64,000 nt of DNA from Nitrospirota bacterium (GTDB lineage Bacteria; Nitrospirota; UBA9217): assembly GCA_963751455.1 (NCBI GenBank), contig CAVVUN010000008.1:160001-224000 (forward strand). Reading direction: 5' to 3'. The stretch's first letter is position 1. Each line of letters begins with the position of its first letter. Position numbers and translations under genes: made by a program. The notes below the pieces were generated by a model. It was given only the letters and a program-made list of their open reading frames with translations. It was not told where the DNA came from and made no database searches. Positions 60,677 to 64,000 of this stretch are shown here, piece after piece.

Positions 60677-63376
60677 CTACACAATTCCTCTCCTTCTCAG
60701 CAGCTTTTCTATCTCCACCGCGATAAACACAATTGACGACAAGGCTAGCGTAAGAACGAGTTCGGCCGCTGTCAAGGGCTCGGTCTTGAATATGGGATTC
60801 AGAAATGGAATATAGACCGTCGCCATTTGAAGAATAAACGTCAGGAAGACCGCTGCGAGAAGGTATGTGTTCGAGAACAGCCCTATTGTGAAGAGGGACT
60901 GTTTTTCGGACCGGATGGCAAGCACATGACCAAGCTGGGTAAGGCAGAGCGCCGTAAAGACCATTGTCTGCCAGTGAGCGTGTCCGGTCCTTATCGACCA
61001 TGCCTGCAGAAACAAAACAATGGCGGCCATCAGCAGTCCCACCCATATTGCGTGATACCCCAGGCCCTGCGCGAACACGCTCTCTTTGGGGTGCCGCGGC
61101 GGCCGTTTCATGACGTCGCCTTCCGCCGGCTCGAGCGACAACGCGAGGGCGGGCAGACCGTCCGTCACGAGGTTGATCCATAAGATATGGATCGGCAGAA
61201 GCGGTATCGGCAGGCCTGCGAAGGGCGCAAGAAACAATGTCCAGATTTCGCCTGAGTTCGTTGTTAAAAGATACTTGATGAATTTTCTGATGTTGTCGTA
61301 GATCTTTCTCCCTTCCTTAATGGCCTTCACAATCGTGGCAAAGTTATCGTCCAGCAGGATCATGTGAGCCGCTTCTTTTGAAACATCGGTCCCGGTGACG
61401 CCCATGGCGATTCCTATGTCCGCCCGCTTCAGCGCAGGTGCGTCGTTTACTCCATCACCGGTCATGGCGACATATTGTCCCCTGTCCTGGAGTGCCTTTA
61501 CAATCTTCAGTTTCTGTTCGGGAGCAACCCGTGCGTAAACCCGGATATCCATCACCCGTTTTTCGAATTCTTCGATGGACAGCTTTTCGAGTTCCAGGCC
61601 TGTGATCATGGATGAGGCATCCGCATCGATTATGCCCAGCCTCCTGGCGATTGTAGCGGCAGTCAGCGGGTGGTCTCCTGTTATCATAACCGGAATAATG
61701 CCTGCCGCCTTTGCCTGGCTGACCGCCTCCCTGGCCTCTTCACGCGGCGGATCGAGCATGCCGACCAGACCCAGAACCATGAGCTCCGATTCAAGTTCTT
61801 CCGGTGACATCTCGCGTGGCAATGTATCCCATTTCTTCATGGCAATGCAGAGGACCCTCAGTCCCGAGGCGGCCATCGTATCGCTGATTTTCATGATAGC
61901 AGCCGGATCGACTGCGGCCGGCCCGGCTGAGGTAAGGATGGTCGCCGATTTATTAATCAGCACGTCAACGGCCCCTTTGGTAAAGGAGACAAAGCCATCG
62001 CCCCACTGGTGTATGGTAGTCATCGTTTTTCGAGCCGAGTCAAAAGGGATTTCCCCGATGCGCGGATATCGCAATTCGTAGTCTTGCTTTTCAAAGGAAT
62101 GCCGTCCTGCGAGTTCCAGAAGCGCGGCTTCCGTAGGGTCGCCGATAATTTTCGCCGTATCGTCTTTCCTGGCGTCATTGCAGAGGGCAATCGCGGACAA
62201 AAAAAACGTATGCGGTGTGCGGAGACTCATATCCCCGTTTATGAGTGGAACCGAGATTACCGGATGTCCGGCTTTCGTTTTAAGGTCCTTTTTTTCTTCA
62301 CCGTTCTTATTCCGCATTCCGAAATCCGCAATCCGCAATATCTCCTTGTCAATCCACAGCTCCTCCACGGTCATTCTATTAAGAGTGAGCGTGCCGGTCT
62401 TATCGGAACAGATGAACGTTACCGATCCCAGGGTTTCTACGGCCGGCAGCTTCCTGATGAGCGCATGCTGTTTTATGAGTTTTTTCGCGCCAAGGGCAAG
62501 TGAGATTGTTATGACCGCGGGTAGGGCCTCCGGAATGGCAGCGACGGCAAGCGATATGGCAGTGAGGAGCATCAATACGAGCTGCTCTCCTCTGACAACC
62601 CCCACAACAAACACGATGCCGCAGATCGTAAGAACCGCATACGCGAGTTTTTTGCCGAAGACGGCGAGACGCTTCTGAAGGGGCGTTTTGACTTCTTCCG
62701 CCCCCTGAAGCATGGCCGCAATTCTTCCGAGCTCGGTTTCCATGCCGGTAACCGTAACTACGCCCATACCGCGGCCATAGGTGACGAAGGTCCCCTTGTA
62801 GAGCATGTTTTTCCGGTCTCCAAGAGGAAGCGATTCGTCCGGAAGCGGGTCCGTATGTTTCTCGACCGGTACCGATTCTCCGGTAAGGGCCGCTTCTTCG
62901 GCCTTCAACTGTGCCGATTCGACTACCCGCATATCGGCAGGAACGATTTTGCCTGCTTCAAGCAGCACGACGTCTCCCGGGACCAGTTCCGAAGCGGGGA
63001 CCTCCACGGGCATCCCCTTCCTTATAACGAAAGCCGATGCGCCCGCCATCTTCTTAAGCGCAGCCATGGCTTTCTCGGCCCGATACTCCTGGCTGAAACC
63101 GAGGACCGCATTCAAGACCACGATCACGACGATCGCGATTGTGTCCTCGGGATCTCCCAAAACACCGGAGATGACAGCGGCCGCCACCAGAACGATGATC
63201 ATGAAGTCCCTGAACTGGTCCAGAAACATCATAAGCAGTGTTTTTTTCTTTTTCTCGAGAAGAAGGTTCGGACCGTACAGGCTCAGTCTTTTTTGTGACT
63301 CCTCGGCGTTAAGGCCTTCAAGCGTCGTTTTCAATTCCGACAGAACGTTCTGTATGCTGACTTTACGGTAATCCAT
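60677..63376 (-). CDS. P-type IIA (Ca2+-type) cation ATPase
   Basis: LTGES, IPEAL, DKTGTLT, TGDH, GDGVNDAP, INLVTD. Confidence 0.95.
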   Translation of the reverse strand: MDYRKVSIQNVLSELKTTLEGLNAEESQKRLSLYGPNLLLEKKKKTLLMMFLDQFRDFMIIVLVAAAVISGVLGDPEDTIAIVVIVVLNAVLGFSQEYRAEKAMAALKKMAGASAFVIRKGMPVEVPASELVPGDVVLLEAGKIVPADMRVVESAQLKAEEAALTGESVPVEKHTDPLPDESLPLGDRKNMLYKGTFVTYGRGMGVVTVTGMETELGRIAAMLQGAEEVKTPLQKRLAVFGKKLAYAVLTICGIVFVVGVVRGEQLVLMLLTAISLAVAAIPEALPAVITISLALGAKKLIKQHALIRKLPAVETLGSVTFICSDKTGTLTLNRMTVEELWIDKEILRIADFGMRNKNGEEKKDLKTKAGHPVISVPLINGDMSLRTPHTFFLSAIALCNDARKDDTAKIIGDPTEAALLELAGRHSFEKQDYELRYPRIGEIPFDSARKTMTTIHQWGDGFVSFTKGAVDVLINKSATILTSAGPAAVDPAAIMKISDTMAASGLRVLCIAMKKWDTLPREMSPEELESELMVLGLVGMLDPPREEAREAVSQAKAAGIIPVMITGDHPLTAATIARRLGIIDADASSMITGLELEKLSIEEFEKRVMDIRVYARVAPEQKLKIVKALQDRGQYVAMTGDGVNDAPALKRADIGIAMGVTGTDVSKEAAHMILLDDNFATIVKAIKEGRKIYDNIRKFIKYLLTTNSGEIWTLFLAPFAGLPIPLLPIHILWINLVTDGLPALALSLEPAEGDVMKRPPRHPKESVFAQGLGYHAIWVGLLMAAIVLFLQAWSIRTGHAHWQTMVFTALCLTQLGHVLAIRSEKQSLFTIGLFSNTYLLAAVFLTFILQMATVYIPFLNPIFKTEPLTAAELVLTLALSSIVFIAVEIEKLLRRRGIV

Positions 63377-63543
63377 GATCGTTCGGTATCCTTCTAAAGA
63401 GTCGTTAGCGTGCGCTGATTCGGGTCAAACACAACAGGTTTTTATTGCTTAGGGGAAACGTCAATTTTATTAGAATTTAGCACTATTACGGCGGGAAAGA
63501 AACCTGGGGACCGGACCGGAGCGAACAGGTGAATGACATTCAA

Positions 63544-63783
63544 TTACGGTTCCAGATCAGCAGCAGGATGGCATTTCTTATGGAACTTGACTTTTATTTT
63601 CTTAAGCAAACTCTGGGCCCATACGAATTCAGTGGCGAGAATTCCGAGGCCGACAGGTATTACGATAACGGCAGGCCCGGGCAAAACAATCATGGCAATG
63701 CCGACCGCGAGGACGAGAAATCCGGTCACGGCAATTACCGCCTGTTTTGCCCTTTTGGTGCCTTTTGACAGGAATGACGTCAT
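63544..63783 (-). CDS. PGPGW-like small membrane protein
   Basis: G.AM.VLPGP..IP.GL.ILATEF.WA. Confidence 0.8.
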   Translation of the reverse strand: MTSFLSKGTKRAKQAVIAVTGFLVLAVGIAMIVLPGPAVIVIPVGLGILATEFVWAQSLLKKIKVKFHKKCHPAADLEP

Positions 63784-64000
63784 GCTTATGCTCTTCTCTT
63801 GGAATCAAATAACGAAGTCGGGTTTCGGGATAAAGGCTATTTACTCCAGAACAGCAGCGGTGAGCCAATCTTTGCCGTATCGATTATTCGTACTTTTTCA
63901 CGAAGACCCGGAGCTTGCTGACTGGAGCTATGAGCATGCGTAATCCGCTGTCATAATCGTGCTGGCATATTGCCCAGCATCAAGTATTACTTACCACGTC

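Overview
A 64-kb bacterial chromosomal window. Its gene content (c7-type trihaem cytochromes, system II haem maturation, TupABC, a sigma54 activator) suggests an anaerobe of the Nitrospirota/Desulfobacterota type; this is inference only. Core genes include two convergent ftsH, HU, ccsA/resB, mnmA, modE-tupABC, dppBC-rsmA, gmhA, trxB, clpS, a P-type ATPase and a large two-component/c-di-GMP block. An accessory island at ~20.4-29.0 kb holds four intact toxin-antitoxin pairs, TA debris, a Bro-N gene, mrr, an attC-like site and a putative DNA-glycosylase-fold gene. The most striking unexplained signal is non-coding. (i) A 107-109 bp twin-hairpin element occurs three times, always directly 3' of TGAAT, with no target duplication; the empty site can be reconstructed at two of the three loci (IS200/IS605-type non-autonomous element). 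(ii) Three families of MITE-like shells with 5-, 6- and 8-bp target duplications carry palindromic cores, some nested or swapped, and some alter protein ends. Also seen: an internally inverted ECF sigma remnant, a four-zinc-ribbon repeat protein, an orphan FlhG-FliA module and a candidate sigma54-dependent sRNA. No rRNA, tRNA or CRISPR array was recognised.
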